Positions 62,477-64,000 of a DNA stretch of 64,000 nt are shown in pieces. The translations under genes were made by a program, and so were the position numbers. Location: NCBI GenBank assembly GCA_038496445.1, contig JALMLS010000138.1, forward strand, positions 62,001 through 126,000, in the 5' to 3' direction. This stretch comes from Trichosphaerium sp. ATCC 40318 (lineage: Eukaryota > Protista > Tubulinea). Under the pieces are notes generated by a model. It searched no databases. It was not told the origin of the DNA and saw only the letters and a program-made list of their open reading frames with translations. Position 1 is the stretch's first letter. Each line of letters opens with the position of its first letter.

Positions 62477-62886
62477 ATGAACACAACAATATTATTCGTT
62501 TTGGTGACTTTGGCATTGATACCAATAGCCTTGACGACCCAATCTAAAGACTCTGAAGAAATGCCAGATATGCATGAAAAGAGATCAACTGAGGTATGTC
62601 GACACTTGCTACTTTTACATTGTATTGTTAATTAACATGCGATTTAGCAAGGACCACTGTTGTGTGGTGAAACATGTGATACAAATGGATGGTGTCCTCC
62701 TGGATGGCGTAAACGTGGTCGTGAAAAGAATGGTCAATGTATGTGAAAAATCAAAGGTTGGTAATTCTTAAATACTTACATACGATAGGTTCAACTGCAT
62801 ACTGCTACCCTGGATCTCCATTGTGCTTTCGTATCAGAAGTGATAAATGGTGTTGCTGGAGTGAAGCTGCATGTGGAAGCTGCTAA
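62477..62886 (+). CDS. 101-aa secreted cysteine-rich prepropeptide (exons 62477-62593, 62648-62738, 62789-62886)
   Basis: MNTTILFVLVTLALIPIALTTQSKDSEEMPDMHEKR-STE|QGPLLCGETCDTNGWCPPGWRKRGREKNGQ|CSTAYCYPGSPLCFRIRSDKWCCWSEAACGSC*. Two GTATGT..TAG introns in phase; AATAAA at ~62916. Confidence 0.85.
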
Positions 62887-62944
62887 GATCTTGCACTCCA
62901 ATAATGTAAAACTAAATAAAGTACCCAAGTTTTACTATTATTCG

Positions 62945-63390
62945 TTTTCATAGTTTGGTCGCATGGTCAGTTCCAATTTCAACAAGAAAGGTATGTTGTG
63001 AGTCAACCAAATAGACAGCGCATGGCAATATGATTGCCTGTAAAACCAATGAGAGTAGGCAAAATACATTAGCAATCTATGTAATTGAGCTTTAGTAGAA
63101 AACGGTTTACAATAAACGTGAAACACACTGTTCAATCGCTAAAATAATGTTCAACGTAGCGCTAAAATAAAGCAACGCAGACTTACGTTCACTTTTCAAG
63201 CAAGTGACACCACATCCAGGCAGGGCGTGGCATCCAAATGTTACAACAACATATGGTGATAGAGCGAATGGTATAGCCACGTTTAATTCGCAAAACAGCA
63301 CTAGTCCAGGCCATAACCGAAGGCAATGATTGTCACCTCCTTTTTGTCCTTATGCCATTGAGTGCTACCTTGGTATTCCAATCTAATTAG
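62945..63390 (-). pseudogene. Possible decayed multipass membrane protein fragment
   Basis: Hydrophobic segments EVTIIAFGY/GLVLFCELNVAIPFALSPYVVVTF and ANVFCLLSLVLQAIILPCAVYLVD across a splice-like gap, with stops and shifts. Confidence 0.2.
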
Positions 63391-63635
63391 CTCAGTGAGT
63401 AAACTATGAGCATAAGAAGTAAGTCAACTATTTTTTGTTGGCAAGTATTGAGCCGACCCATTTTTCTGTAGTGATTGAGAATGTAATAGTCCATTGGCCG
63501 AAGAATTGTGACTGATATTTATGCTTCATTTTGATACAACAAGTTAGTTAGTAAACTGTAGTCTGATTCTACTTGTTAGCACGTTTATTGATTCTTTACA
63601 ATGATAATTGGTACAACAAGTATGGCTTTGCGATC

Positions 63636-64000
63636 TTAGCAGCTTCCACATGCAGCTTCACTCCAGCAACACCATTTATCACTTCTGATGCGAAAGCACA
63701 ATGGAGATCCAGGGTAGCAGTATGCAGTTGAACCTAATAAAGGTTAGTACTAAGAAGTTACCTACCAACCTTTGATTTTCACGTACATTGACCATTCTTT
63801 TCACGACCACGTTTACGCCATCCAGGAGGGCACCATCCATTTGTATCACATGTTTCACCACACAATAATGGTCCTTGCTAAATCGCATGTTAATTAACAA
63901 TACAATGTAAAAGTAGCAAGTGTCGACATACCTCAGTTGATCTCTTTTCATGCATATCTGGCATTTCTTCAGAGTCTTTAGATTGGGTCGTCAAGGCAAT
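63636..64000 (-). CDS. Second, inverted copy of the cysteine-rich prepropeptide (5' end beyond the window)
   Basis: Same exon structure and identical protein over the visible part; stop at 63636-63638. Confidence 0.85.

Noticed and set aside
62574-62771. ORF-track proteins MKRDQLRYVDTCY... (also 63679-63951)
   Set aside because: They are wrong-frame reads through introns; the copy differences are synonymous only in the spliced Cys-rich frame.

Overview
This is AT-rich (~34% GC by eye) eukaryotic nuclear DNA, probably from a protist. It uses the standard code and has very many short spliceosomal introns (mostly ~40-60 nt, GTACGT/GTAAGT-type donors), so the ORF track fragments nearly every real gene. 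Two intact housekeeping blocks are present. The first is a TraB-domain gene head-to-head with CSE1/exportin-2 (~10.0-17.2 kb). The second is eIF3f, UAP56/SUB2 and a 16-kb gene for a giant type-I membrane protein with ~30 bacterial-Ig-like repeats (41.4-61.9 kb). They alternate with accessory zones full of decaying F-box/LRR, ankyrin, RCC1 and GH10 xylanase genes and several inverted duplications. The main items the ORF track misses are an inverted pair of 3-exon genes for a 101-aa secreted 10-Cys prepropeptide, recurrent fold-back hairpins inside longer introns, a GH10 gene whose halves face each other on opposite strands, frequent GC donors and AAG acceptors, and strong CACGTG enrichment. No rRNA, tRNA, CRISPR array or autonomous transposon was recognised. 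All family calls are from motif recognition by eye.
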